Positions 38,571-53,618 of a stretch of 64,000 nt of DNA are shown piece after piece. Source of the DNA: Octopus vulgaris (taxonomy: Eukaryota); the NCBI GenBank assembly GCA_951406725.2, contig OX597824.1, forward strand, positions 35,402,001-35,466,000, written 5' to 3'. Positions within the stretch are counted from its first letter, which is position 1, and each line of letters starts with the position of its first letter. Position numbers and translations under genes: made by a program. The notes beneath the pieces were generated by a model, which saw only the letters and a program-made list of their open reading frames with translations, was not told the DNA's origin and did not search any database.

Positions 38571-39763
38571 AAATTACTCATAGTACATCACAGTGTTAAA
38601 ATAAACTTACAGATAACTCAGGCTAATCGCAAACAAATGTAAATACCTGACAGATGACACGTAACTTTAAATTAAAACTCCGGTGGTAATGTCTGTACAA
38701 CTTTAACCGGACTTGACTACTTTTAAGAGCCAGCAACACACGCCAACAAAACTTCATCCAGAAGTTGAGGTCGTGAATATTAGGCAATGTTGATCATGAA
38801 CTTGGAAACATTATTGTTCTCAAGAAACTCATACGACCATATTAAAAAGCCTTGATAAAAAATAAAAGCAGAATGCAGTTGCGTTTTCAATACAAGTAAT
38901 ATATTATATATATATTATATTAATATATTTACTAGAAACTATAAATAAGAGACAAATGCGAGTGGAATTCAATCATACTTTTAAAAATTCTTTCTCTCAA
39001 TTTTAGAAATTCTCCATATGGCAACATGATTGAGATACATTCACATTTCGCATTCCAGATTTGAGTTAAATAATGAATGGATTGCTTATACAACGAATGG
39101 TGAATAGTGTTTTGCAGTTCGCTTTAAACTATATGGAGAGAGGGGGAGTGAGAGGTAGAGAGAGGGGGGAGTGAGAGAAGGGGGAGACAGTGTGAGAGAG
39201 AGAGAGAGAGGGGAGGAGAGAACGAGAGAAGGACAGAGAAAGAATTGGAAAGAAGTTTTGGATTGGTGGGAAGGAGTAGAAATACTGCGAATTTGTTGTT
39301 GAACTCCGCTAAACAAATTAGCCGTGAAAAGATGATACTTCATCGTCGGTGAATTCTTGATGTTGGCCATAAGGCTGAGATTTATCTTCTAAATAGACAG
39401 CACTAGCGTTAGTTGCAGCAAGATCTGTTTAGTGCAACTGACTTTACCAAATTTCGGACTGAAATTGCAATGATGAATGGCCTCTCTCCTCTTCCTTCCC
39501 TCACTTCCCCCCACCCACACCCTCGTTTAGTTTCTCACTGAAATCTAACAGTTACATCATTAGCATTGATTATAATCAATGCCGAAAACCCTTCACATAT
39601 ACGCACGCACGCACGCACGCAAACACACACAAACCTGCACAAACACCCGCTTTCACCCATGTACAGTGATGTTCATAAGTATCCATGACGTCTAGAATAA
39701 AACTGATTTAAAAAAAAAAATATTCTTCGTATCACTAATCAGTTTGTAATATCTTCTGTATAT

Positions 39764-39991
39764 TACTCTTTTACTCTTTTACTTGTTTCAGTCATGTGAC
39801 TGTGGCCATGCTGGAGCACCGCCTTTAGTCGAGCAAATCGATCCCAGGGCTTATTCTTTGTAAGCCCAGTACTTATTCTATCGTTCTCTTTTGCCGAACC
39901 GCTAGGTTACAGGGACGTAAACACACAAGCATCGGTTGTCAATCGATGTTGGGAAGACAAACAGACACACAAACATATACACACACATACC

Positions 39992-40058
<67 letters not shown>

Positions 40059-40230
40059 ACATATATACGACAGGCTTCTTTCAGTTTCCGTCTACCAAAT
40101 CCACTCACAAGGCTTTGGTCAGCCGGGGCTATAGTAGAACACACTTGCCCAAGGTGCCACACAGTGGAACTGAACCCGGAACCATGTGGTTGTTAAGCAA
40201 GCTACTTACCACACAGCCACTCCCACGCCT
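39764..40230 (-). mobile_element. SINE family B, full length
   Basis: Reverse complement of 9041-9482. Confidence 0.92.
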
Positions 40231-42254
40231 ATATTGTTTATACTTTATCAATAGGCACAATTTCATTTAATTATTAATTTATTTTAAGAACATACATTCA
40301 TACGCACGCACAAATACAAGCATTTCCATTTTTTTTTACCAGCTTTGTGCTTTTGTTTTATATTATCTTTTTTTTGTTTTCTTTATTTTTAAATTTCGCC
40401 ATTTCGGCAAATGTTGCTCAAAGACTACAAATGGAAATTTACTTATATCGAAACGTTTCGTGGTATATCCGTCTTGACCACAATTATAATGCGATATTAT
40501 TTTTAGTTTTTAAGTAGAAACTTTGACTGTCAACCCTTTCACATTTCTTTGATTATTAACCAATTAACAGAAAATAAATGTACGGAAATCTTTAATCCTT
40601 TTTGGCTCCAGAATTATTTCAGTAATAAGAAATTTAATTACTAAGTCGAACAGTTTAGTAAAGTAACTTAACCATATTTGATCAATTATTTACAAATATC
40701 CTTCCAACGAAAACTGGCCCATTTGATTGGCAAGGACTCCCACCAACTAATCAGATCTCTGGAAATATTGTTAAATATAATTAGTCCAGAAATACTAATG
40801 AAAGTTAACAATTTCCTTTTCAATTTAAGTTGTGGTTAATCCATGTCTTACGAGTAAATACACTTTCATGTTAACGGAAATAACCTACATTTTTACAACG
40901 TATGAGAACAATATTGTAACATAATTCATAATTATTTAATTTATAAATTAGAGATTCAAACAGTTTTGATTATTTACAAGCTTTCGTTTTTACACAGATT
41001 CCGTTCTCTATTTCCGGTTCTCACTAAATAGAAATCTAATAATTTAAACAATTTAAGAAAATTTACATTTTTTTTTCCTTTCTTAAGCTTATTCAAGATT
41101 CTGATTACATGATGCATTTTGATATGCACTCAGGCGTAGTGGTTTAAGTAGTTTACGAAGCTCGCTTTGCAACCCCGTGGTTTTGGGTTCTGTCCCATTG
41201 CGCAGTACCTACGGGAAATGTTTTCTATTAGAGCCCTAAGCCGGCTAATATCTTGTAATTAAATCTGATAGACGGAAACGGTGTGGAATCCCGTCGTATA
41301 TACATGAGCTATAACTAGATTTCAGGTACCAAAATAATCCCCTCTACTTCCGAGTCGATGAGAAACCTCTAAGTTGTCTGTCATTCGACTTGCTAGAAAT
41401 AACAGCCAAGTCTCTAGCTTAGATAAAGAAAACTACATTGAACAGTACAATACCTGATATGCAAAAAAAGACCAGGTTGCTACGGCTTGATCATGACGTA
41501 ACTGTGTCTGAAACTGCTCCAGTTTTGGGGCCCTTTTCTTCAGTAATGAGCTTCACAAATTCAGTGTCTCGACCTTACTTGTACTGAGAATCTAGAAGTA
41601 AAATCTAAATTACCTCCTGATCATATGACCCCGGGAGGGTTTTATTAGAGCACAACTGTATAGAATATAGACTACGTAAATGTACTGGATTTCCTGTAAC
41701 ACTTCTCCGAGTACACTAAATCCCTAGTTTTCCTTTACATACATTTGCTTGACTGCTCTTTATCATTGTGACTGCGTTTCTTAAAGCCACTATTATGATA
41801 TATGAACTGCATTTAAATACTGACTAAGTCTACATATAAATATTCATAGGGGTTTGTTGAGTAAATACATATTATTTCCATCTGGTTGAATAGGAATAAT
41901 TATTATGTTAGAAGTTCTGCTTCTGTATCAACGTTCTCGTCACTGAGTTAATCAGAAAGAGGACAGTGTTTATTCTCCAAGGATTCGTATATTCTTTTGA
42001 GAAGAAATAGACAAACGGGTTTTATTTATTCTAACACCCCAGACAATTGCATATCTAGAATCAGTCAATATAGAGTCTTTGCAACACAAAGAGCAATTTT
42101 ATGATAATATTTTATGAATATAAAGTTTGGAACACATATAATGCAGTAACAACATAGATATATACAACATACATACACTACTATATGTATAGATTAGTGT
42201 ATCTGTGTGTGTGTGTGTGTGCGAGTGAGTGTGCGTGCGTGTGTGTGTGTGCGA

Positions 42255-42294
<40 letters not shown>

Positions 42295-42677
42295 GTGTGT
42301 ACTAGTGTGCTCCTATCCTCGATAATGACATCAAATATCTTTTTTTATTATTTGAATATTTTGATAATGAAATAAAATGCAAATGTAATAAATTACGTTT
42401 ACATCTCGATACAGATATGTAGGCATTGAAACGGAATTTATATTGAATAATCTTCAGTTCGAATATGACTGGGGTTACATTGTTATTCGTCTCTTTCTAG
42501 GTTGTCAGTTCAAATCTTGTCGCAGTTAACATTTCCTTTCATTCTTCTAGAGTCGATTTATCAAAGGATGAGTCAAGCACGAGGCTCTCTGTATAGTTTC
42601 TGGGGATTAATCCAGGATTGCAGTGAAGTATTCCAATTTTTCTTTGCAATCCTGGGTGAATCTCCATAAAGACGTTT

Positions 42678-42912
42678 CTTATTTCTTTACTGCCCACAAG
42701 GAGCTACACACAGAGGGGACAAACAGCGATAGCCAAACGGATTAAGTCGATTATATCGACCCCAGTGCGTAACTGGTACTTATTTAATCGACCCCGAAAG
42801 GATGAAAGGCAAAGTCGACCTCAGCGGAATTTGAACTCAGAACGTAGCTGCAGACGAAATACCGCTAAGCAGTTCGCCCGGTGTGCAAACGATTCTGCCA
42901 GCTCACCACCTT
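42678..42912 (-). mobile_element. SINE family A monomer
   Basis: Matches 801-1033. Confidence 0.9.
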
Positions 42913-43092
42913 TCTGTCTATCTCTCCCATCAATTAATGTTAACCTTATAAATATCAAACCGATAGGCTGTATTATTTGTTGTTGTTTCAACATAGATCA
43001 GACATTCCAGCCATGACCATTAATTCTTTTTAAAGACTTTTGTGTACACTCTGCAATGTATTTATTCTGTTTTAAGACGGTTGATATTAACT

Positions 43093-43247
43093 GAGTGCTG
43101 TGTGGTAAGAAGCTTGCTTCCTAATCACATAATTCCAGGTTTCAGTGCCGCTGCGTGGCATCTTGGGTAAGTGTCTTCTACTACTGCCGCAGACCGACCA
43201 AAGTCTTGTGAGTGGATTTCGTAGACAGAAACTGAAAGAAGCCCGTC

Positions 43248-43282
<35 letters not shown>

Positions 43283-43372
43283 CGTATGTGTGTATGTATG
43301 TACGTATTTGTGCGTCTGTGTTTGTCCCCCCACCATCACTTAAAAACCAATGTTCGGCAATAAAGTCAATAG
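43093..43372 (+). mobile_element. SINE family B, internally deleted
   Basis: Head, CORE-like block and microsatellite present. Confidence 0.8.
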
Positions 43373-43373
43373 A

Positions 43374-43404
<31 letters not shown>

Positions 43405-43474
43405 CGTGTAACATATATGTATATATAGACATTTGCTCCAACAAAGGAAAAATACGTTATGACCATTATTTTTA

Positions 43475-43532
<58 letters not shown>

Positions 43533-43772
43533 TATGTTGCACGTGTATATATGTTTATATATATGTGTGTGCACCTATATATATATATATATACTCACAT
43601 ATATACATACTCACGCACACACACATACATAATAATTTCCAATGTGTATGTTTATATTCTGTATGGCTCAGTGGGAGGCAATCAAACAAAAAGTGAAAAT
43701 GGCAGCAGAATTAAAATGACAGTGCGTCTATTGCTCTCATTCCCTACCCTTTTGCACCCTATCTTTCTCCCC

Positions 43773-44100
<328 letters not shown>

Positions 44101-45245
44101 AACGCTTGTGTATTTGTAAATGTGCATATATGTACGTATAAGTGTAAGTATATATGTATATATAAATATGTGTGCGCGCGCGTGTGTGTTTATACGTGTG
44201 TGGATGTATGGGTGCGTGTATTTCTCTATGCAATATATATCCACTCCAGCTGCCAAGTCATATTTGACATCGGTTTAAACCAACTCTGCCCCCGATAATT
44301 TATTTTGTTGCAGTGAAAGCAGCTCTATCTTGTTTACTGAAATACATTTGCTTGTTCTGCTTTCGGCTTATCCAAATCATGAGCTCTACATTCTGAAGAG
44401 ATTAGGGAGAGATAATATATATCTCAACCAGCATTTATATCAGGCTAGAAAACCGAGCTATGTGTGAGCACTTTCTTATAACATTTCTGATGGGTTTCTT
44501 ATTAAATTAACACAGTCTATCGTCACTTGTGCTTGTAAAAAAAAAAAAAATAATAAAAAAAAAAAAATAAAGAATTTAATGATTTAATGAAGAGCTTCGT
44601 TGTTACTTCATCTGGTTGAAATAGTTGCTTAATCTTCCTCAAGTCTTTCAAAAATGGTTATTTTCCAATAATACCTTAAACAAAGCCTGAAGGCTTCTGA
44701 CCATAGTTTTGTTCGATGACCGCTGATCGGGAGCGAAACAATAACAACAAAAACAACGGAATCAACCACAATAGACGTTACATTCTCAGAGCTACCAGAG
44801 AAATTAATTTTGGTATTTAATTACAAGCCTTTATGTTCTGAGTTCTAAACGCGCCAAAGTTGATTTTATCTTTCATTCTTCTGAGGTCGATTAAAAGAAG
44901 TGCAAGTATTTCTATAAAACATCCTGAATGTGAATGCAATTTTAGTCTGCGACAGCTTATACTTTTAGCTAAAGCGTAGATCCAAGAGTGGATCAGTTTG
45001 ACGGCAAGGAACCCAACTAATGGAGGAAAAAATTCATTAGTTTCCATTTTGTGCCTCATTAGATTCAAAGTCATTAACTGACTCATTACCTTATTAGACC
45101 CATTAACTGTCACAGGGTTATGTATAAATAATGCGTGATGAAGATCTCTTCATTGAACTGTAATCATATAAAGTTAGGATATATGTTGGCATGGGAACCA
45201 TGCCACATAGATTTATTTATACATTTAGAGGGCATCGCAATAGAG

Positions 45246-46027
45246 CAGTGGTTTTCAGCCGTTCTTTACTTGTCGACTCTTTTGATTACTATTTTATTCC
45301 GTTGGACCCCCATAGCTATTCGATACTTCTTTCGAAATTCCTGTTTTGTTTTTCACATATTCACTTTCGTGGGTTTGCAGTAGCAGTCACTGAGAGAACA
45401 TATTTTAGTGGCCGGAAACGTTGTACTAGGTAAAACGTTCGAGAAAGAAACATGACCGTTTCTTGTAATAAATACATTTAAAGCAATATTTGTTTTCATG
45501 AAGGCGTAGGAGTGGCTGTGTGGTAAGTAAGTCGCTTACGAACCACATGGTTCCGGGTTCAGTCCCACTGCGTGGCACCTTGGGCAAGTGTCTTCTACTA
45601 TAGCCTCGGGCCGACCAAACCCCTGTAAGCGGATTTGGTAGACGGAAACTGAAAGAAACCCGTCCTATGTATATGTGTATATATATATGTATGTGTGTGT
45701 ATAAGTTTATGTATCTGTGTTTGTCCTCCCCCATCATCACTTGACAACCGATGCTGGTGTGTTTACGTCCCCGTAACTTAGCGGTTCGGCAAAATAGACC
45801 GATAGAATAAGTACTAGGCTTACAAAGAATAAGTCCTGGGGTCGATTTGCTCGACTAAAGGCGGTGCTCCAACATGGCCACAGTCAAATGACTGAAACAA
45901 GTAAAAGAGTGATCCTTAAAATACAACTGCAGGTCCCCAATTTACTATTTTGCTTGCGTGGATTCCCTTCCCTCAGAATTTTATATGGACCACCAGGTTT
46001 CACATGGACCGTAGTCGCGAAACACTA
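45246..46027. mobile_element. hAT-like MITE interrupted by a full SINE B (45501-45910, plus)
   Basis: Left end cagtggttttca, degenerate right end cgcgaaacacta, imperfect 8-bp TSD caatagag/gcatagag, subterminal ggacccc motifs. Confidence 0.55.
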
Positions 46028-46087
46028 GCATAGAGTATGATTAAAGAAACAGTTCGCTACAAGGAAGTATATTTATTGTAGAGAACA

Positions 46088-46801
46088 ATATTCTTTTCTA
46101 CTCTAGGCACAAGGCCAAAAATTTTGGGGCAGGTTAGATTGACCCCAGTAAGCAGCTGGTACTTTATTTATTGACCCCGAAAGGATGAAAGGCAAAGTCA
46201 ACGGAACTTGAACTCAGAACGTAACGACAGACGAAATACCTATTTCTTTACTAACCACAAGGGGCTAAACACAGAGAGGACAAACCAGGACAGACAAACG
46301 GATTAAGTCGATTATATCGACCCTAGTGCGTAGCTGGTACTTATTTAATCGACCCCGAAAGGATGAAAGGCAAAGTCGACCTCGGCGGAACTTGAATTCA
46401 GAACGTAGCAGCAGACGAAATGCCTATTTCTTTACTACCCACAAGGGGCTAAACACAGAGAGGACAAACAAGGACAGACAAACGGATTAAGTCGATTATA
46501 TCGACCCCAGTGCGTAACTGGTAGTTATTTAATCGACCCCGAAAGGATGAAAGGCAAAGTCAACCTCGGCGGAATTTGAACTCAGAACGTAACAGCAGAC
46601 AAAATACCGTTAAGCATTTCGCCCGGCGTGCTAACGATTCTGCCAGCTTGCCGCCTTGTGCCACCTCGCCGCATTGTGCCAGCTCGCCGCCTTGTGCCAC
46701 CTCGCCGCCTTGTGCCACCTCGCCGCCTTGTGCCACCTCGCCGCCTTGTGCCACCTCGCCGCCTTGTGCCACCTCGCCGCCTTGTGCCACGTCGCCGCCT
46801 T
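46088..46801 (-). mobile_element. SINE family A trimer with 5' 18-bp tandem array
   Basis: Units start at 46240 and 46424 (184-bp period); nine copies of tgccacctcgccgccttg at 46641-46801. Confidence 0.9.
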
Positions 46802-47464
46802 AAAATGGGTTGAAAATACCTTTGGCATTGAATTCTCAGTTTCCACATAATGGATAAATGCCTTCCGAGGCAATATCTCAGCTTGGCCACATTCAAAAGC
46901 CTGTAATAGTAAAAGAAGAAAAGAATTGGTATTATAACCTACACACATTCACAACGATACGACTATTCCTCAAACAGTTCGAAAAATGTCTTGGTTATGT
47001 TTCCATTAAAAGAGAGCGCGAGCCGTTTCTTGAACTGGTTGTGGACAGTTGTCATGTGTCTTACCAAATATATTTAGGGCTATATAACCTTAATATTATG
47101 AAATTGCTGAAAGTCTAAATATATTTTAAATATGTTGATATGTTATAAACATTAAATATGATTTCAGATATGTGTTTTGTGTGTGTGTGTACATTTATAT
47201 TCGTTCATAAATGTTTGAGGTTGTACATACGTAACACGTATGTATATAATATGGTATTTTGCCTTGAGAATGACATATGTTTGCTCAGCAAGAGCATGTG
47301 ATAAGTCCATTAAAAATGAAAATATATTTAACATGGGAAACCTATGAACCGATATCAGCTGATAAGTGGGCGAATAACATTTGCGGATAATTGCTGGAAC
47401 TCTACATTTTGTTTGACTATGTGCTTAAATCTATCTATCAATCCATCTATCTATCTATCAATCC

Positions 47465-47573
<109 letters not shown>

Positions 47574-48356
47574 CGTACGTACGTACCTATCTACATGTGC
47601 ATGTGTGTGTATGTATGTGAGTGAGTGTGTGTTTGAGTGTGTGTTTATTGGAAGCATAAATATTTTGAGACCGATTTTTCTATAATGGCTGTTAAAAAGT
47701 AATTCTGTATAATCCTGTTGTAAACCTTAACAATACAAAACGTGTGTATCTCCAGTAAGTAGACGTTGTTTATTCGAAATAAACAAACGCATAAATTCAT
47801 AAATAAGGATGGAAAGATAGAGGAGGCAACCACACTTTGTTCTTAATAATTTTAATGCTCGGCCATTTTCCTGTAGTTGTACGTGACATCAAGTTCTAAC
47901 TAGCGCTGTGCCTCCATTTACATCACACGGTGTTCCCTTCATTTATTGACTATTAATCATTTTTACGTGACATGCCTCTTGTCATTTTCAAGCTTTTTCA
48001 CCACCACCACCAACACCACCATTGCTACTATTACTACCATTACAGTCACTACCGTTTTAGTATATGAACAACAGAATCAGTTACGACTAATCTAAACTTC
48101 TATTATGATCTTCACTGCGCAAAAACCTAAGAAGGTGGCTTCTAAGTTGTCGTTTAACTTGCTAGAAATAGTAACCAAATCGTTCTCACTCACACATTAC
48201 TGATTATAGAAAGAGAGCACACATTGGAAGTATAATCTGAGAGACTCCAAAAAAAATATATATATTTTTAAAAACGGGATAAAACTGAACAAATTTTGAT
48301 TACAGGTCTATGTTCAGTAAGGATTTTCCTCGGGGTTGCACGTCGATGCTGCACTA

Positions 48357-48833
48357 TCTATTTCTTTACTACCCACAAGGGGCTTAAATACAGAGAGGAA
48401 AAAACAAGGACAGACAAACGGATTAAGTTGATTATATCGACCCCAGTGCGTAACTGGTACTTATTTAATCGACCCCGAAAGGATGAAAGGCAAAGTCTAC
48501 ATCGGCGGAATTTGAACTCAGAACATAACGGCAGACGAAATACCTATTTCTATTTCTTTACTACCCACAAGGGGCTTAAACACAGAGAGGACAAAAACAA
48601 GGACAGACAAACGGATTAAGTCGATTATATCGAAACCCAGTGCGTAACTGGTACTTATTTAATCGAATAATGTCACATTGGAAGAGTGTTCAACTAGTAC
48701 TTAATTTATCGACCCCGAAAGGATGAAAGGCAAAGTCGACATCGGCGGAATTTGAACTCAGAAGGTAACGGCAGACGAAATACAGCTACGCATTTCGCCC
48801 GGTGTGCTAACGTTTCTGCCAGCTCACCGCCTT
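48357..48833 (-). mobile_element. SINE family A multimer
   Basis: Junction gacgaaatacctatttc at about 48534-48550. Confidence 0.9.
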
Positions 48834-49510
48834 CGAAGCTGTACTACCATCATCAAAATGATACTTCGACAAGAATCCTCTTCACCATTGCAATCTCTCA
48901 AGAACCGATGTCGTTGCTTTCCTATAAACACTAACATTCAGCAACAACACCAAACACTAAAATGTCTACCCTTCCACCACATTACGACAGAGAACGTGTA
49001 TAAGCATGTTCCTTACTGTAGACATTCTTGTGTTTCTACAGAGTCGAATTTATCTCAAGTTTATATCAATGTATTTACAAACACAATATATCAAACCGAA
49101 CACGCGTAACGGATATCTCTTGTAAATAATAATAAGTCGAAATAATCTGCTGTTAAATATGGGTCTCTGATGATTTCCGTCGGACCGATAAGCAGATGCA
49201 GATGTTGTGATGGCACTGATTGTCGTTTTTCATCAGTCCAGTTGTGCAGATAGGTTCACAGTATTATTGTTTGCCCAGAGTCAAACAACTGACAGAGACA
49301 AATATGATATTTTGTGTCAGTCGGCGGAGAGAGTTGATAAATCACATTATAGTTAACACCATGCACTATATAACCATTGCTTGACATTAACGAAATATAT
49401 ACATTAACGAGGAAATGTAGACACATTTCGCAAATGATTCACGTTCGCTTTAATGAGCGACCTTAAACTTGATGTTGTCATAAATTAAACAAATTTGTAT
49501 CAAATATATT

Positions 49511-49884
49511 TTACTCTTACTCTTTTACTTGTTTCAGTCACGTGACTGTGGCCATGCTGGAGCACCGCCTTTAGTCGAGCAAATCGACCCCATGACTTAT
49601 TCTTTGTAAGCCTAGTACTTATTCTATCGGTCTATTTTGCCGAACCGCTAAGTTACGGGGACGTAAACACACCAGCATCGGTTGTCAAGCGATGTTGGGG
49701 GAATAAACACAGACACACATACATATAGATATATATACACAAATATACCAAATCCACTCACAAGGCATTGGTCGGCCCGAGGCTATAGTAGAAGACACTT
49801 GCCCAAGGTGCCACGTAGTGGGACTGAACCCGGAACCATGTGGTTCGTAAGCAAGCTACTTACCACACAGTCACTCCTACGCCT
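49511..49884 (-). mobile_element. SINE family B
   Basis: Reverse family B, central part deleted. Confidence 0.9.
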
Positions 49885-50147
49885 GTTTTTATTCTTTTGT
49901 ACTGAAAACTACCAAAGATATTTCCAAAATATTTCACAGGAATCAATAAGCTTATCTATACACACTCACATCACAGAGTCACACAAGTTCGCACACAAAC
50001 GCACGCATGCGTGCCTGTAAGCTTGTGTGCGTATGAGTGTGCGTGTTCGTGCGTGTGTCTGTGCTCAGTATCATTTCCTTTAGACTTATTTGATTAAAAA
50101 GAACTAGTCTGTTTCCCATTTATACATTTCCATGTCACTGTATTTCC

Positions 50148-50184
<37 letters not shown>

Positions 50185-50310
50185 GTTTCTGTTGTTATAT
50201 GGAGAATATGCTTCTATATGTGTGTGTACGTGTGTATAATATATTTTATACATACATATATTCATACATACGTCTATACACACACGCACACACACACACA
50301 CACATACATA

Positions 50311-50353
<43 letters not shown>

Positions 50354-50821
50354 CATGTTTTCTAGGTCATGTGATCAGAAAGTCATTGATAAATGGATAT
50401 CGTGTATGCGAGTTAGGTTTGTGTATGCATATGTGCGTGTGTATGTGAGCGTGTGTGCGTGTATGTGTAAGAGAAAGAAGTGGGGGGTGTGCAGAGAGAA
50501 AGAGAGAGGGTTTATATTTTGGTTTCCTATGGTTATTTCAAGAAGCATAATTATTGACAGTTTTTTTTTCTTCTATTTAATGGAAAACGTTTAATATCTT
50601 CAACATGTTTTGTTTTTGTGTCTTGAGAATTAGGATGTATTACCGTCTTGGTTGCGACTTAGGTCAGGTCTATACATACGCGCGCGCGTGTACACGCATG
50701 CACACACACACACAAACACACACACACATACACATTCACACACATACGCGCGCTGATACAGTAGTTAAAGTCACATGTTTAATGATGGCTTAGCCTTATA
50801 GCATTGCACTGTGCTTTTGTT

Positions 50822-51257
50822 GGATCTTTTCGGTTTGAACGGCAGTTTTTTAACATAATTTCTAGGTAACTAAAAAATATTTAAACTTCGTATACTGGTA
50901 GAATGTGTTTATAAAACATTTTTTTCTCTTGGCTTTATTGAGAAAATTCTATAGTTTGTAAGATTGTTGTTGTTTTTTTTTTCTTCAATTTCTGCAATTT
51001 CAACCAATCAGTGACGTCTATTGAGTTAAAAAGCATTCTGTGCCGTATGAATATGTCCCTCGTTTAAGAAGCAGATTGGGTTTATTTACATTTATGAAGA
51101 AAAAAAGATACCCTTCCTCCACCTCTAACCCTAACCCTAACTAACCCTAACCCTAAAAGAGATTCAAATGCAATAGATCGATTCTAGAGTCATAATTATG
51201 AGTGACAATTTCATATGATACCGCTAGATAAAACTGCCGTTCAAACCGAGAAGATCC
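50822..51257. mobile_element. MITE with 28-bp GG-start TIRs, 8-bp TSD (Merlin- or hAT-like) and internal (CCCTAA)n
   Basis: ggatcttttcggtttgaacggcagtttt / aaaactgccgttcaaaccgagaagatcc; TSD cttttgtt at 50814-50821 and 51258-51265. Confidence 0.88.
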
Positions 51258-51748
51258 CTTTTGTTTACTAAGAGGCAGTTTTCATATGTTCATGGTATAT
51301 TTAAATGACTGTGGTAGTCGTATACATAACTGAATTATGTCACATTTAATCGATGAGTTTATTCGTTGCTTTTGTTTCCGCTTTCGATTTTTGATTAGTA
51401 TTTTTGTTGCTGTTGTTGTTGTTTTTTTTTTTGTTTTAATGCAGATTTCGTCCATTTCGAACTGTGAGAGGTCACTGACTACGTCGTTGCACTGCAACGA
51501 AAGTTTTGGTACCATATTACAAAAAGTAAATGTTCAAGTGAAATTAACAGTTTTTCTGTGTTTTATTATTATTATTATTGTTGGCGGTTCACTGCCTGGA
51601 ATCAAACTTGGAATCTTGTGGTTAGTAACCCGCGCGCCTAACTTGTATCTTTCACGCAGCAAATCGTTTTAGCTTCAACACACCGTCACAGATCAAGACA
51701 GTTGCAACGCAAATCCAATTTCCTTAATATGTGTGTGTGTGTGTATAT

Positions 51749-51834
<86 letters not shown>

Positions 51835-52244
51835 TAATATAAAAAAGAAAAAAATGGGGCTTTAAAATTTACAGTAGAGGTATTTCGGAGTTGTCTTCTC
51901 GTCTTCAGCAGCAGAAACAGGAAAGGCAGACACTGACTTTCCGGCTTCTGTGGCTGAAGAGGATACAACGACTTTGAAATTCTTGCATCGTAAATTTTTA
52001 ACCACGTCTGTTTGTTTGTTTGTTTGATTGTTTGGTTGATTTTATGCTCTTTTCTACCTACGCCGTACCAAGAACAAGCCCTGCGTCAGATCTATGGTTT
52101 TAATTGGATTTGATGCTTACATATCTACCGTATTCTTCCAACACTTGTACTTTCATGGTTGTTTTACCTCATTGTGAACCCTATGTTATAGTACCTATCC
52201 ATTTCTGGTGTCCTGAATCCTATAACTAAACAATATTTCTTAGT

Positions 52245-52630
52245 ATATACTTATTTTATCGACCCCCTAAAGGATGAAAGGCAAAGTCGACCTCGGCGGA
52301 ATTTGGACTCATAGCATGAAGACAGATGAAATGTTGCTAATTATTTTGACCGGCATGCCAGCGATTCTGCGAGCTCACCGCTTTAAAAATAAAATTACGA
52401 TCATATTTGTTTCAAATTTTGACACAAATCCAGCAAGTTAGGGAGCGGAGCTAAGTCGATTACATCGACTCCAGTGTTCAATTGGTACTTATTTTATCGA
52501 CTCCAAAGTGATGAATTTTTTAAAGTCGACTCCGGCGAAATTTAAACCCAGAACGCGAAGACGGACAAGATGACGCTAGGCATATTATTGCCTGATGTGC
52601 TAAGAATTCTGCCTGCTCGCTGTTGCCTTA
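52245..52630 (-). mobile_element. Two adjacent older SINE family A copies
   Basis: Family A body twice; similar old copies at 54025-54300 and 63470-63630. Confidence 0.75.
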
Positions 52631-53049
52631 GAAAAAAATTATAACCAAATTAACAACTTATGTCACACATTTAGACATTCCTTAGTACCTGTTTGTCAAT
52701 GTCATCAATGTTATAAATATTGCATCCGTCATCAAATACCAGAAGTGACTATGGAGATGGGGCCGTTTCTCAAAGTTAAAACTGCGATGAGCTACTGCTG
52801 TTTGCAGCAAACAGAGAATGTTAATGAAAGCATCGGGATAATTGAACAGTGATGTATTCAGAGTATGAATGTATAGCTTGCATTAACAGAGAGATTGATA
52901 TTTATAAAGGAAAGAAAAATCAGCGCGATGAAGGGTTCGCGAAGGAACATCAAATTCATGTTACGTATTTCAAAGAAACTTTCCGTCACATGTTTGTGTA
53001 TATAATCAGTGACTAAGATTTTGATCTCCATTCTGGGTTTAACACAACT

Positions 53050-53259
53050 CTCTTTCACTCTTTTACTTGTTTCAGTCATTTGACTGCAGCCATGCTGGAG
53101 CACCGCCTTTAGTTGAGCAAATCGACCCCAGGACTTATTCTTTGTAAGCCTAGTACTTATTCTATCGGTCTCTTTTGCCGAACCGCTACGTTACGGAGAC
53201 GTAAACACACCAGCATCGGTTGTCAAGCAATGTTGGGGGGACAAACACAGACACAGTAG

Positions 53260-53301
<42 letters not shown>

Positions 53302-53475
53302 TATACATATACATATATACGACGGACTTCTTTCAATTTCCGTCTACCAAATCCAGTCACAAGTCTTTGGGAGCCCGAGGCTATAGTAGAAGACACTTGA
53401 CCAAGGTACCACGCAGTGGAACTGAACCCAGAACCATGTAGTTGGTAAGCAAGCTACTTACCACACAGCCACTCC
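53050..53475 (-). mobile_element. SINE family B, full length
   Basis: Reverse family B. Confidence 0.92.
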
Positions 53476-53565
53476 AACTGGAAAAGAATTACTTTAATGT
53501 CATCTTTTGTTGTAAGATTATTAACATTCGGAAAACATATTATTATCATTTAGCCATTATTATTC

Positions 53566-53618
<53 letters not shown>

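Noticed and set aside
46641-46801. CRISPR-like or coding repeat (AQGGEV)n
   Set aside because: Tandem 18-mers without spacers, derived from the SINE head, in eukaryotic DNA with no cas genes.
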